Origin: Nitriliruptoraceae bacterium
GTDB lineage: Bacteria > Actinomycetota > Nitriliruptoria > Nitriliruptorales > Nitriliruptoraceae
Length of the DNA: 64,000 nt
Reading direction: 5' to 3'
NCBI GenBank assembly: GCA_040904745.1
Contig: JBBDSW010000186.1
Coordinates: 133 to 64,132, forward strand
The notes beneath the pieces were generated by a model that saw only the letters and a program-made list of their open reading frames with translations, did no database searches and was not told the origin of the DNA. Shown piece by piece: positions 53,471-63,253 of this stretch (positions are counted from its first letter, which is position 1; each line of letters opens with the position of its first letter). A program made the translations under genes and the position numbers.

Positions 53471-54406
53471 TCAGGCGCGGGCGAGTTCGCCCATGATGCC
53501 GACCATCTCCACGTCATCATGGAGCTGATGCTGCAACATGAACCGGGACACGCCTGCTTGCGTGTAGGTCTGCAGTCGCTGCGCGGCCTGGTCGACGGTG
53601 CCGACCACCCACTCGCTCTTCAAGCCGTCGAGCCAGGCGTCGAGGTCGCCGCCGGCCCCGGAGCTCGCCTTGAGTCGTCCAGCACGATCACGGACCTCGG
53701 CCTCGTCGCGACCGAGCAGGCATCCGGTCATGATCGACATCGGCAGCGGCTCCCGACCAGCGTCCGCGCAGGCAGCATCGAGCTTGCGCTTGCGCTCCCG
53801 GGCGTCCTCGGGGGAGGGGAACGTGGTGTTGTACTCGTCGGCGAACCGGGCGGCCAGACGGGAGGAGCGTGGCCCCGCGGCGCCGCCGAGGATCAGGGGC
53901 ACGCTCGGCGACTGGAGGGGCTTGGGGTTCGCCTCGCAACCCTCGAGCCGGTAGTGGGCACCGTGATGATCGAAACGGTCCTCGGTGAACTGCCTTCGGA
54001 CGATCTCCACCTGCTCCTCGAACACCTCGTAGCGCGTCCCGAGGTCTTGGAACGGGAACCCGTAGGTGCGATGCTCGAGCTCGTGCCAGCCGGCCCCCAT
54101 CCCGAGCTCGACCCGGCCGCCGGAGATGTGGTCCGCGGTGACGACGCCCTTGGCCAGCACCGACGGGTGCCGGAACGAGGTCGGTGAGACCATCGTGCCG
54201 AGCCGGATGCGCTGGGTCACCGCCGCCAGTCCCCCGAGCGTGACCCACGCATCCAACGAGGAACGTTCGGTCCTCGACGCCACCGACTGGTAGTGGTCGG
54301 ATCGGAACAACCCCTCGAGCCCGGCATCCTCGACGGCCCGGCCGAGCGCGACCCACTGCTCCCAGGTCACCGACTCCTGCCCCTCGATCATCAGGTTCAC
54401 ACGCAA
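53471..54406 (-). CDS. LLM-class (luciferase-like) probable F420-dependent oxidoreductase
   Basis: LMIEGQE..., SDHY, LGTMVSP and GGRVELGMGAGW. TTG 54406 lies 7 nt after GAGGAG (alternative start at 54445). Confidence 0.8.
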   Translation of the reverse strand: MRVNLMIEGQESVTWEQWVALGRAVEDAGLEGLFRSDHYQSVASRTERSSLDAWVTLGGLAAVTQRIRLGTMVSPTSFRHPSVLAKGVVTADHISGGRVELGMGAGWHELEHRTYGFPFQDLGTRYEVFEEQVEIVRRQFTEDRFDHHGAHYRLEGCEANPKPLQSPSVPLILGGAAGPRSSRLAARFADEYNTTFPSPEDARERKRKLDAACADAGREPLPMSIMTGCLLGRDEAEVRDRAGRLKASSGAGGDLDAWLDGLKSEWVVGTVDQAAQRLQTYTQAGVSRFMLQHQLHDDVEMVGIMGELARA

Positions 54407-54491
54407 CTGGCGGCTCCTCGTCGGCTGGCTCCTCACGCTAACCATCGCGCACGCTACGAGGAACCCGTCGGACGACCCTGATCCTCACGCC

Positions 54492-55781
54492 TCAGGCCGG
54501 ATCGATCCGGTACACACCACCGTCGAGGTCGAGCACCAGCACCTCGCCGGCGGGGTCGGTCGCGAAGGAGACGACCGCGCCCGCGTCGATGCCGAGCTCG
54601 GCCTGCTCGGCCACCTGCCCGTCATCGTCGATGCGCAGGCCCCGCACCATCCCGTTGCAGGAGTCGGCGTAGAGGTAGACCCCGGTCAGCTCGGGGATCT
54701 CCTCGCCCCGGTAGACGACGCCGCCGGTGACGGCACAACCCTCCGGCCCGCGCGTCTCGTACTCGTAGATCGGCGCGACGTGGTCGTCCGGCTCGCTGCC
54801 CGCGAAGGAGCCGGTTCCCTCCATCAGGTTCCACCCGAAGTTGGCACCGCGGGCGTCCTCCAGGGCGACGCGGTTGATCTCCTCACGCGCGTCCTGTCCG
54901 ACATCGCCGATCCAGAGCGCATCGGTCTCCGGATCGAAGGAGAACCGCCACGGGTTGCGGAGCCCGTAGGCGAAGATCTCCGGGGCGGCGTCCTCGACGT
55001 CGACGAACGGGTTGCTCTCGGGTACCGCATACGGGTCACCGCCCTGGGGGTCGATCCTCAGCAGCGAGCCGAGCGGGGTGGAGAGGTCCTGGCCGGCACC
55101 GAGGGGATCACCGGCGGCCCCACCATCACCGAGCCCGAGGTAGAGGAGGTCATCGGGTCCGATGCTCACGTGCCCACCGTTGTGGTTGGCATACGGCTGC
55201 TCGTGGGTGAAGACCTCCCGGCGACGCTCGCCGACGACGCGGCCATCCTCGACGGCTACCGCGAGGAGCACGGTCTCTCCGTCGGGACCGGTCAAGGAGA
55301 GGTAGAGCGCGCGCCCATCGGCGGCGAACGCGATGCCGAGCAGCCCTCGCTCGCTGTCGAGGGTGGTCTCGGCCGAGACGTCGACGACCGGGTCCCCGGG
55401 CCCTTCGGTGGTGAGCGGGTGCACGGTGCCAGCACGCTCGGCGACGTAGAGCCTCCCGTCGGGACCCACGTCAGCGGCGGTGGGTGAGTCCATCGAGGCG
55501 AGCGGTGTAAGGGTCAGGTCGACCTTCAGGTCCGGCTCGGGCGCGGCCTCCCCCGGATCGGTGGCTCGATCTCCCCCGTCCTGCCCGTCCAAGCGCCCCT
55601 CCCCGTCGCCCGTGGCATCGTCGTCATCGGGGCGCTCTTCCTCGGATCCAACGTCGTCATCCTCGCTCGCTGGGTCGGGTCCGCCATCGCCACACCCGGC
55701 CAGCGCCAGCCCCAGGGCGAGCAGGAGCGCGACGCGCGTGCCATCGCCCCGTTGCAGCCCGCGATGGTTGGTTCCGCTCAT
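54492..55781 (-). CDS. PQQ-dependent sugar (glucose/sorbosone) dehydrogenase family lipoprotein
   Basis: Lipobox LALAGCG and an acidic linker, followed by a beta-propeller body with NHNGGH, GLGDGG and YGLRNPWRFSFD. Confidence 0.8.
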   Translation of the reverse strand: MSGTNHRGLQRGDGTRVALLLALGLALAGCGDGGPDPASEDDDVGSEEERPDDDDATGDGEGRLDGQDGGDRATDPGEAAPEPDLKVDLTLTPLASMDSPTAADVGPDGRLYVAERAGTVHPLTTEGPGDPVVDVSAETTLDSERGLLGIAFAADGRALYLSLTGPDGETVLLAVAVEDGRVVGERRREVFTHEQPYANHNGGHVSIGPDDLLYLGLGDGGAAGDPLGAGQDLSTPLGSLLRIDPQGGDPYAVPESNPFVDVEDAAPEIFAYGLRNPWRFSFDPETDALWIGDVGQDAREEINRVALEDARGANFGWNLMEGTGSFAGSEPDDHVAPIYEYETRGPEGCAVTGGVVYRGEEIPELTGVYLYADSCNGMVRGLRIDDDGQVAEQAELGIDAGAVVSFATDPAGEVLVLDLDGGVYRIDPA

Positions 55782-55791
55782 AGGAGCGAGG

Positions 55792-56541
55792 CTACCGAGG
55801 TGGCGACGCACGCCGACGTGGCCCCGGCGTGGGTGCAGGCGGGACACGGGCCGAGATCACGATCGGTCGGCCGCGGTCGCGCTGCGTCGCTGGCTCGGGC
55901 ACCCGCAGCACCTCACCAGCCCCGGCGATGGCGTCGGCCACCCAGGCGCAGACCGCGGCATCGACCACATCGTCGGGGGCTGCCAGCTCATCTCCCGGGA
56001 ACCGGTCGGGAAGCGTGACACCGTGCCGCGCGAGCAGGGCCCGACGGGTCGTGATCCCGGCCCAGGTGCGCTTGCGCGGCACGGCATCACCCGCCAGGAG
56101 CGCGTAGGCGAGCTCCGGGTGGACCTCGTGCAGTGCGTGGCCGGCCATGACGAGCGCATCCACCTCGATGATCGCGGGCAGGATGCGCCAGGTCTGCATG
56201 CTGATACCGCTGCCCGCGACCTCCTCCGCCCGCACCGTCGCGGCCCCGTGCGTCGTGAGGTCCCCAGCACGGACCTCGTCCGCAACGGTGCGGGGCGGGG
56301 CGGAGAAGACGCTGCTGGCGCGCCCCGGAAGCAGGACCCTGGCCGCCCGGTCCGCGTCCCGGGGTCCGTCGACCAAGCCGATGGGCATGTCGACCGCGAC
56401 CGCATCGAACGCGCTTCCCGCCAGCGCCTCGTCGAGTTCGGTGACCACCTCCACGGTCCCGACCTCCCCGTCCACGAGGCTGACCGTGACCCAACCGGCG
56501 CGGCATCCGTCCGCGCCGAGCACCCGACGCGGCGCCATCAC
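55792..56541 (-). CDS. DUF429 domain protein
   Basis: VLGADGCRAGWV...AVDMPIGL...DDVVDAAVCAWVA fits the DUF429 pattern. Confidence 0.7.
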   Translation of the reverse strand: MMAPRRVLGADGCRAGWVTVSLVDGEVGTVEVVTELDEALAGSAFDAVAVDMPIGLVDGPRDADRAARVLLPGRASSVFSAPPRTVADEVRAGDLTTHGAATVRAEEVAGSGISMQTWRILPAIIEVDALVMAGHALHEVHPELAYALLAGDAVPRKRTWAGITTRRALLARHGVTLPDRFPGDELAAPDDVVDAAVCAWVADAIAGAGEVLRVPEPATQRDRGRPIVISARVPPAPTPGPRRRASPPR

Positions 56542-56590
56542 CGGCCCGTCCGGGAGCTGACACCGAGCTCATGGAGCATCCGGGCGAGCC

Positions 56591-57814
56591 TCAGTCCGTG
56601 GGCCGGTAGTGCTTCAGCTCACGGCGGGCGAGCGCCATCTCGTGCACCTCGTCGGGGCCGTCGGCCATCCGGAGCGTGCGCGCGTGCGCCCACATCATGG
56701 CCAGCGGGGTGTCATCGGTGAACCCCGCTCCCCCGTGGGTCTGGATCGCCTTGTCGAGCACCCACTCGGCCATGGACGGTGCGACGATCTTGATGGCCGC
56801 GATCTCCATCCGCGCACCGCGGTTGCCGACCGTGTCCATCAGATGGGCGGTCTTGAGCGTCAACAGGCGTGCCTGCTCGATCCGGACCCGCGCCTGAGCC
56901 ACCCAGTGGTGGAGCATGCCCTGATCCGCGATCGGCTTGCCGAACGGCGTGCGCTGCCAGGCCCGTGCACACATCAGGTCGAACGCCCGCTCAGCGATGC
57001 CGATCAACCGCATGCAGTGGTGGATCCGCCCCGGACCCAGCCGTTGTTGCGCGATCGCGAACCCGTCACCCTCGCTGCCCAGGAGGTTGTCGACCGGGAC
57101 GCGCACATCGGTGAACGACACCTCGGGATGGCCGCCGTGCCCGTCGTAGCGACCGAAGACGGGCAACTCCCGCACCACCTCGACGCCGGGGGTGTCCATC
57201 GGGACCAGGACCATCGACTGCTGGTGGTAGGGGTCGGCCTCGGGGTCGGTCACCCCCATCAGGATGCCCACCGCGCAGCGCGGGTCGGAAGCGCCCGATG
57301 ACCACCACTTCCGACCGTCGATCACGTAGTGATCGCCGTCACGCTCGATCCGTGTGCGGATGTTGCGCGCATCGGAGGAGGCCACCGCCGGCTCGGTCAT
57401 GAAGAACGCGGAGCGGATCTCCTGTTCGAGCAGTGGCTGGAGCCAGCGTTCCTGCTGGGCGGGCGTGCCGAACAGGTGCAGGACCTCCATGTTGCCCGAA
57501 TCCGGTGCCGCGCCGTTGGTCACCACCGGCGCGATCAGGGGCGATCGTCCGGTGATCTCCGCGAGGTGTGCGTAGTCGAGGTTGGACAGGCCCGCACCGT
57601 GCTCCTCGTCGGGGAGGAAGAGGTTCCACAGACCCCGAGCGCGCGCTTCGTCACGGAGTTCGGTGAGGATCGGCGGATGGTGGTGGCGTTCCTCCGACGC
57701 CGCGAGCTGGGCGTGGTAGGTCACCTCGTGGGGGATGACGCGCTCGGAGACGAACGCGGTGAGCTCCTCGTGCAGCCGACGCCCTTCAGGGCTCAACCCC
57801 AGATCCACGACCAC
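56591..57814 (-). CDS. acyl-CoA dehydrogenase family protein
   Basis: FFMTEP, GRKWWSSGA, and the C-terminal pattern QTHGGAGF... Confidence 0.85.
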   Translation of the reverse strand: MVVDLGLSPEGRRLHEELTAFVSERVIPHEVTYHAQLAASEERHHHPPILTELRDEARARGLWNLFLPDEEHGAGLSNLDYAHLAEITGRSPLIAPVVTNGAAPDSGNMEVLHLFGTPAQQERWLQPLLEQEIRSAFFMTEPAVASSDARNIRTRIERDGDHYVIDGRKWWSSGASDPRCAVGILMGVTDPEADPYHQQSMVLVPMDTPGVEVVRELPVFGRYDGHGGHPEVSFTDVRVPVDNLLGSEGDGFAIAQQRLGPGRIHHCMRLIGIAERAFDLMCARAWQRTPFGKPIADQGMLHHWVAQARVRIEQARLLTLKTAHLMDTVGNRGARMEIAAIKIVAPSMAEWVLDKAIQTHGGAGFTDDTPLAMMWAHARTLRMADGPDEVHEMALARRELKHYRPTD

Positions 57815-57889
57815 GGCTCCCTCGTCGGCTCCGACGCCAACGCTAGAGGCTCCGGTGGCGGCTCACCCCATCGGCGGGACCCGCAGGAA

Positions 57890-58141
57890 CTAGCCGAGGT
57901 TCGGACCGTCTTCGGCCCGTGCCTCCTTGAAGCCCTCGATGGCCGACCCGGTGACGTCTCTGACGAGGTGCTTGGCCTCCGTCGTGGCGCGCGCGGCCCC
58001 GTGACGGGCCCGCTGAGCCGCGTCGCGACGAGCCTGCCGACGGCGCTCCTCGCCATGCTCGGGATCGAAGAGGTACATAGCCCCGGCTCCGGCAGCGACG
58101 CCGACGGAGAACGTGAACAGGGTCCGGATACGCACGTGCAT
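57890..58141 (-). CDS. YtxH-like small membrane-anchored protein
   Basis: Start at MHVRIRTLFTFSVGVAAGAGAMYLFDP (TM), then a charged helical tail. The track ORF extends to 58207. Confidence 0.6.
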   Translation of the reverse strand: MHVRIRTLFTFSVGVAAGAGAMYLFDPEHGEERRRQARRDAAQRARHGAARATTEAKHLVRDVTGSAIEGFKEARAEDGPNLG

Positions 58142-58270
58142 GACCTCTCGGTGGGGGTCGTCTGGGGAGGTCTCCTGGGATCCCGGTGCCTGCGGGATGC
58201 GCGGCACCAGGTTCCGGGAGCTGGGACCGGTTCTAGCGCCTGCACCCCACCGAAGTCGAGCCGAGCAGGC

Positions 58271-58888
58271 TCAGTGCAGACCGAGTTGACGCGAGCAGGC
58301 AGGCCACGCACCCCAGCCGGCCGGGTGGATCTCCAGCAGGCGTTCGGCGACCGCGATCTGCTGGGTACGGCTGGCCTCGTGCGGGTAGGAGGCGTAGCGG
58401 TCACCACCTGCCCAGTCCCAGGAGTCGAGGTTGAACTGGAGCCCCCCGTAGTAGCCGTTGCCGGTGTTGATCGACCAGTCTCCGTTGGACTCGCAGGCGG
58501 CCAGATCGTCCCAGACCCCGGCCGCTGGCGCGGCGTCGTCGACCGGCTCGGGCGGGTCCTCAGCCCCGCTCACCGGCTCCTCCGGCTCGCCCGGCCCCTC
58601 CGGCACGTCCGGCACGTCCGGCGACTCCTCCTCGCCTCCGCCGAGCGCCGGGGTCTCCGCGATGAGATCCTCGACGCTCACAGAAGCGGCCACGTCCGGC
58701 ACGACCGGCTCGGGCGGGTTGATCGATGGGGTCCGCACCGGCGGCTCGCTGTCGGCTCCGTCGACCCCGACGTCGAGGGGATCGACCGCGACCGCGGCGG
58801 AACCGACGACCACGATCGCGGCGGCGGCGCTCAGACGGCCGATCATCCGCCGACGACGCCGGTGGGTGTTGTAGGTGCTCAGGGACAT
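58271..58888 (-). CDS. rpf: resuscitation-promoting factor (Rpf/transglycosylase-like) domain protein
   Basis: C-terminal WDDLAACESNGDWSINTGNGYYGGLQFNLDSW...W..C is the Rpf domain. N-terminal TM, then a Pro/Glu-rich linker. Start at MSLSTY (58888). Confidence 0.85.
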   Translation of the reverse strand: MSLSTYNTHRRRRRMIGRLSAAAAIVVVGSAAVAVDPLDVGVDGADSEPPVRTPSINPPEPVVPDVAASVSVEDLIAETPALGGGEEESPDVPDVPEGPGEPEEPVSGAEDPPEPVDDAAPAAGVWDDLAACESNGDWSINTGNGYYGGLQFNLDSWDWAGGDRYASYPHEASRTQQIAVAERLLEIHPAGWGAWPACSRQLGLH

Positions 58889-59163
58889 CCAGCGCTCCGG
58901 GTCAGGGGTGTGGCCGGTCGTGAAGCGGGCGGCAGGGCGCCCATGCTCCATCCGCGGCAGGGCGTCGCCCCACCGGTGACCCCCGCGTAGCGAGCGAAGG
59001 CCTCGGCGCCACCGATCGATGAGGACGAACGGGTCCGGTGGCGACCCGAGTCACCACGGTGACCGAGTTCGCGCCCGTTGCCTAGCCCCTCCCCCTGGCC
59101 GGGTGCCGGGGGCCGACGTCGGTCCGGTATGTTGGAAGTTCCGTCCGGCCTGCCGGACGGAGC

Positions 59164-60165
59164 GTGGAGCGAGACACCTCGCGACCGCCATCCCCGAGCG
59201 ACCCTGGTGGAGCTGCCGTGCGCACCGATGAGCCGAGCGCTCCACGCCAGCGCCTCCTGCAGACGGCGTCCGGCACCAACCTCGAGGCCTTCGGCGCCGC
59301 GGAGTGGGGGCTGCTCGCCGCGATCGCCACGATCTGGGGCTCCTCCTTCGTGCTGATCGAGATCGGTCTCCAGGCCTTCGAGCCGGGGCTGGTGTCCCTG
59401 CTGCGCATCTCCTTCGGAGCGGCGGCCCTCCTCCTGGTGCCACGCGCCCGCCGTACCCGGATCGCACGTGAGGATCGACCGAGGATCGCGCTGCTCGGCG
59501 TGGTCTGGATGGGCATCCCGTTGCTGCTCTTCCCCATCGCGCAGCAGTGGATCGACTCGTCGGTCGCCGGCATGGTCAACGGGGCGATGCCGCTGACCGT
59601 CGCGGCATGGGCCGTCGTCCTGCTCCGCCGCTCCCCCGGGAGGAGCCAAGCGTTCGGTCTGGTGGTCGGGTTCCTCGGCATCGCCGCGATCTCGGCCCCC
59701 GAGCTGCCGACCGACGCGCTCGCGGCCGCCGGCACGGCGCGCACCGCGCTCGGCACCGGCCTGGTCTTCCTCGCCGTCGTCTTCTACGGCCTGGCCGCCA
59801 ACCTCGCCGTGCCACTCCAGCAGCGCTACGGCTCGCTCGCGGTGCTGCTGCGCGCCCAGCTCTTCGCCCTGATCGTCGTGGCACCGTTCGGACTGGCGGC
59901 CCTCGGGGGATCACGGTTCGCCTGGGGGCCGGCCCTGGCGATGCTGCCACTCGGGATGCTGGGCACCGGTCTGGCGTTCGTCCTCATGACGACCCTGGTC
60001 GGGCGCGTCGGAGGGCCACGTGGCTCGATCGCGATCTACTTCGTACCGGTGGTCGCCGTCGTCCTCGGCGTCGTGGCGCTCGGTGAGCGGATCCATCCGC
60101 TGGCGATCCTCGGGACCGCCCTCGTGCTGCTCGGCGCCTGGGCCACATCACGCCGCGAGGGTTGA
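59164..60165 (+). CDS. EamA/DMT family transporter
   Basis: Ten TM segments. WGSSFVLIEIGL is an EamA motif. Start uncertain (alternative GTG at 59218). Confidence 0.75.
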   Translation: MERDTSRPPSPSDPGGAAVRTDEPSAPRQRLLQTASGTNLEAFGAAEWGLLAAIATIWGSSFVLIEIGLQAFEPGLVSLLRISFGAAALLLVPRARRTRIAREDRPRIALLGVVWMGIPLLLFPIAQQWIDSSVAGMVNGAMPLTVAAWAVVLLRRSPGRSQAFGLVVGFLGIAAISAPELPTDALAAAGTARTALGTGLVFLAVVFYGLAANLAVPLQQRYGSLAVLLRAQLFALIVVAPFGLAALGGSRFAWGPALAMLPLGMLGTGLAFVLMTTLVGRVGGPRGSIAIYFVPVVAVVLGVVALGERIHPLAILGTALVLLGAWATSRREG

Positions 60166-60172
60166 GCGGCCC

Positions 60173-60475
60173 TCAACCGTCCTGCTCGTCCAGGGCGGCC
60201 TCGACCCGCTCGACCTTCGCCCGGAGCATCCCATCGTGGCCTGGTCGATGGTCGAACTTGGCCGTGACCGACACACGCGGCGCGAGCTGCTCGGCCTCCG
60301 CAAGGCATCGCTCCAGCAGATCGAACACCTCGCGCGGCGTGCCCTCGACGGTGGTGAACATCGCGGTCGTCTCGTTGGGTAGGCCACTGTCGCGCACCAC
60401 CCTGACGATGCGTGCCACGGCGTCACCGACGGAGTCGCTGTCTCCGAGTGGGGTGATGGAGAACGCGGCCAGCAC
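60173..60475 (-). CDS. MTH1187/YkoF (DUF77) family thiamine-binding-like protein
   Basis: LAAFSITPLG...V..VV....GL..E....T.VEG is the DUF77 pattern. GTG 60475 lies 6 nt after AGAGGAG. Confidence 0.7.
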   Translation of the reverse strand: MLAAFSITPLGDSDSVGDAVARIVRVVRDSGLPNETTAMFTTVEGTPREVFDLLERCLAEAEQLAPRVSVTAKFDHRPGHDGMLRAKVERVEAALDEQDG

Positions 60476-60535
60476 GGTGGCTCCTCTGCTCACGGGCGGA
60501 TCATCCACGACGACCATACGGGGTGACGGCCGCGG

Positions 60536-61222
60536 TCAGCCACCCTCCGCGGGCTCGGCGACCCCGGCCCGGACGACCCCGTGCTCGTAGGCATAGACGA
60601 CCGCTTGGGCCCGATCCCGGAGGCGGAGCTTGGCCAGGACCCGACCGACATGGGTCTTCACCGTGGTCTCCGAGACCACGAAAGACGTGGCGATCTCCGC
60701 GTTGGAGCGACCGCGGGCGAGTTGGATCAGCACCTCGCGCTCCCGGTCGGTCAAGCTGGCGAGCTCATCGGGCTCCGTGACCGCCGCCTCCGGCGCCACC
60801 CCGTCCACGAACGCGGCGACCACCCGCTGGGTGACGGTCGGGTCCAGGAGGGCATCGCCGCCCGCCACGGTACGTACGGCCTCGACCAGCGCATCCGGTG
60901 GCGTGTCCTTCAGGAGGAACCCGCTGGCACCGGCGCGCAGCGCGCCGAACACGTACTCATCGGCGTCGAAGGTCGTCAGGATGATGATACGGCTGGGGCT
61001 GCCCTCGACGACCAAACGACGGAGCGCTTCGATCCCATCGAGATGGGGCATCCGGATGTCCATGAGCACGACGTCCGGCTCGGTGCGGTGGATGACATCG
61101 AGGGCCGCGAGTCCATCAGCCGCCTCACCCACGACCTCGACGTCCGGCTCCTCGCCCAGGATCATCGAGAACCCGGCCCGGACCAGATGCTGGTCATCGA
61201 CGATGACCACCCGGATCGCCAT
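60536..61222 (-). CDS. LuxR/NarL family response regulator
   Basis: RVVIVDDQHLVRAG, VVLMDIRMPHLDG, FLLKD and the HTH LTDREREVLIQLARGRSNAEIA...SETTVKTHV. Confidence 0.9.
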   Translation of the reverse strand: MAIRVVIVDDQHLVRAGFSMILGEEPDVEVVGEAADGLAALDVIHRTEPDVVLMDIRMPHLDGIEALRRLVVEGSPSRIIILTTFDADEYVFGALRAGASGFLLKDTPPDALVEAVRTVAGGDALLDPTVTQRVVAAFVDGVAPEAAVTEPDELASLTDREREVLIQLARGRSNAEIATSFVVSETTVKTHVGRVLAKLRLRDRAQAVVYAYEHGVVRAGVAEPAEGG

Positions 61223-61223
61223 C

Positions 61224-62672
61224 TCAGGCACCCTCCCCGGCGAGACCCGAACCCGGCTGCAGCGGACGTGGGCATGGCAGGTGAGCACGCACCTCGAACC
61301 CTCCGGTCTCACGGGGACCGGCATGCAGGCTGCCCCCGAACAGGGCCACGCGCTCGCGCATGCCGACCAGTTTCGCTCCGGGGACACGATCGCGCTCCGC
61401 GCCATCCTCGGGGCCGTCCGGCGCCGGCGGGGGTCGGACACCTCGTCCGTCGTCGGTGATGGTCAGATCCAGCCCGTTCGCATCCTGATCGACGATCACG
61501 ACCACCTCGGAGACCTTGCCAGCATGCTTGAGCACGTTGGTCAGGGACTCCTGCACGATGCGGTACGCCGATACCTCGATACCCGACGGCAGCTCGCTCG
61601 GCTGGCCGTTCAGGAGCAGACGGATCGGCACACCGGCCTCCGCCAGGCGCTGCACGAGCTCGCGGATGTCCTCCACGGTCGGCTGTGGTCCGTCGGGCCG
61701 CTCCGCTGCGGCACCGTCCCGTAGGACGGTCACCAGGCGCCGGAGCTCCGCGAGCGCCTCTCGGCCGCTGTCCTCGATGTCCTCGAGCACCGGGATCGCC
61801 GCGGACGGGTCGCGATCGGCGATGCGTCGCCCGGCGCTGGCCTGCACGACGACCACGCTGACCGCGTGCGCGACGATGTCATGGAGTTCGCGGGCGATCC
61901 GCCGCCGCTCATCGGCGGCCGCAAGCTCCCGCACCAGCTCCTGCTGTCGCTCCGCCTCCTCGGCACGCACCCGGAGCTGCTCCATGACCTGTCGGCGAGC
62001 CCGCGTCCGGTCGCCGAACGCCCAGGCGCCACCGAGGATCAGCGCGGTGACCACGGCCCCGATCGGCTCGAGCCCACCGTGGCGCACCCAGGCGACCGCG
62101 AGGCTGACGACGACGAACCCGGCGGTGATCGCCAGGGAGATCTGCGCATCGCGCCGCGTCCCGTACGCGGCGATGGAGTAGAGGGCCACCAGCAACGTCA
62201 ACCCGGCGACACCGAGCTCGTAGCCGAGCATGGTGAAGAGCCCCGTCGCCGGCCCGCTGACCGCGATCGTGACCAGGGGCACCACCCGCCGCCAGGCCAA
62301 CGGCGTGGCCACCACGAGCGCCAGCAGGACCCCGACCGGCACGGGGACCAGCGGGTCGACGAGCTCCGCCCGTGTCACCAGCACCGTCTCGACCACGAGC
62401 CCGAGGCCGAGGACCGCGGCCACCACGATGTCGAGGGGCGGCGGCCGTTCCGCGGTGCCCTCGCCGGCGGAGAGCCGCCGCCAGCCGGTCCGCCCGGGGA
62501 TCGAGCCGAACTCCTCGTCCACGACGGCTGCCACCCGGCTAGCGTCACGGCCGAGCGTGGGCGGAGATGACCTCTCGTTCACGACCTCGACGGTAGGCGA
62601 GGTGGACCGCGCCGACGTCCTCCTGCAGGACGATGCGCTCCTGCACCGGACGGTGGAGGCCACCATCGGCAC
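61224..62672 (-). CDS. membrane sensor histidine kinase (HisKA_3 type)
   Basis: Four or five TM segments. H-box IARELHDIVAHAVS, then QESLTNVLKHA, DDGRG and GMRERVALFGG. Start codon uncertain. Confidence 0.85.
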   Translation of the reverse strand: MPMVASTVRCRSASSCRRTSARSTSPTVEVVNERSSPPTLGRDASRVAAVVDEEFGSIPGRTGWRRLSAGEGTAERPPPLDIVVAAVLGLGLVVETVLVTRAELVDPLVPVPVGVLLALVVATPLAWRRVVPLVTIAVSGPATGLFTMLGYELGVAGLTLLVALYSIAAYGTRRDAQISLAITAGFVVVSLAVAWVRHGGLEPIGAVVTALILGGAWAFGDRTRARRQVMEQLRVRAEEAERQQELVRELAAADERRRIARELHDIVAHAVSVVVVQASAGRRIADRDPSAAIPVLEDIEDSGREALAELRRLVTVLRDGAAAERPDGPQPTVEDIRELVQRLAEAGVPIRLLLNGQPSELPSGIEVSAYRIVQESLTNVLKHAGKVSEVVVIVDQDANGLDLTITDDGRGVRPPPAPDGPEDGAERDRVPGAKLVGMRERVALFGGSLHAGPRETGGFEVRAHLPCPRPLQPGSGLAGEGA

Positions 62673-62804
62673 CAGGGTCCCCGGGCCCCATCGCTACGCT
62701 GGCCGCCACTGGCGGGCGGTCACCGCCAGGCGGGGCCGACACCGACACGGCACCGACGGCGAAGCTCCACGACCACGCGGCCCCCGAGCGCCCCAGGCCT
62801 GCCT

Positions 62805-63218
62805 GTGACCCTGTTCCACCGCTACCTCGGCGTCGTCATCGTGCTGCTGTTCGCCGTGATCATGCTCACGGGGATCGGGCTCCGCATCGCCCGACGACGT
62901 GACACCCCGACCGCTCTGTGGGTCGTCCAGCACTGGACCGAGAACCTGCTCGTCATCCAGACCGTGCTCGGCATCGTGCTCCTGGTGCTCGGCAGACGAG
63001 CCGTCGGCATGCCGCTAGCCTGGCTGCACTACTTCTACGGCTCCCTGTTCCCGCTGATCGCCGTCGTCGGCGGACGCCTCGCAGGACTGCGACGCGAGGA
63101 CCGTGAATACATCGGCCTCGCCTGGGGTTCCTTCTTCGCACTGGCCCTGACCCTGCGAGCCCTCCAAACCGCGTGCGGTGAGAGCATCGAAGCACTGACA
63201 CGTTGTCTGACCCCCTGA
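62805..63218 (+). CDS. hypothetical integral membrane protein (4 TM)
   Basis: GTG start. Four clear hydrophobic helices. No recognised family. Confidence 0.55.
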   Translation: MTLFHRYLGVVIVLLFAVIMLTGIGLRIARRRDTPTALWVVQHWTENLLVIQTVLGIVLLVLGRRAVGMPLAWLHYFYGSLFPLIAVVGGRLAGLRREDREYIGLAWGSFFALALTLRALQTACGESIEALTRCLTP

Positions 63219-63253
63219 TCTTGCGACCCCGCACCCCGCTCCCGAGGATCACC

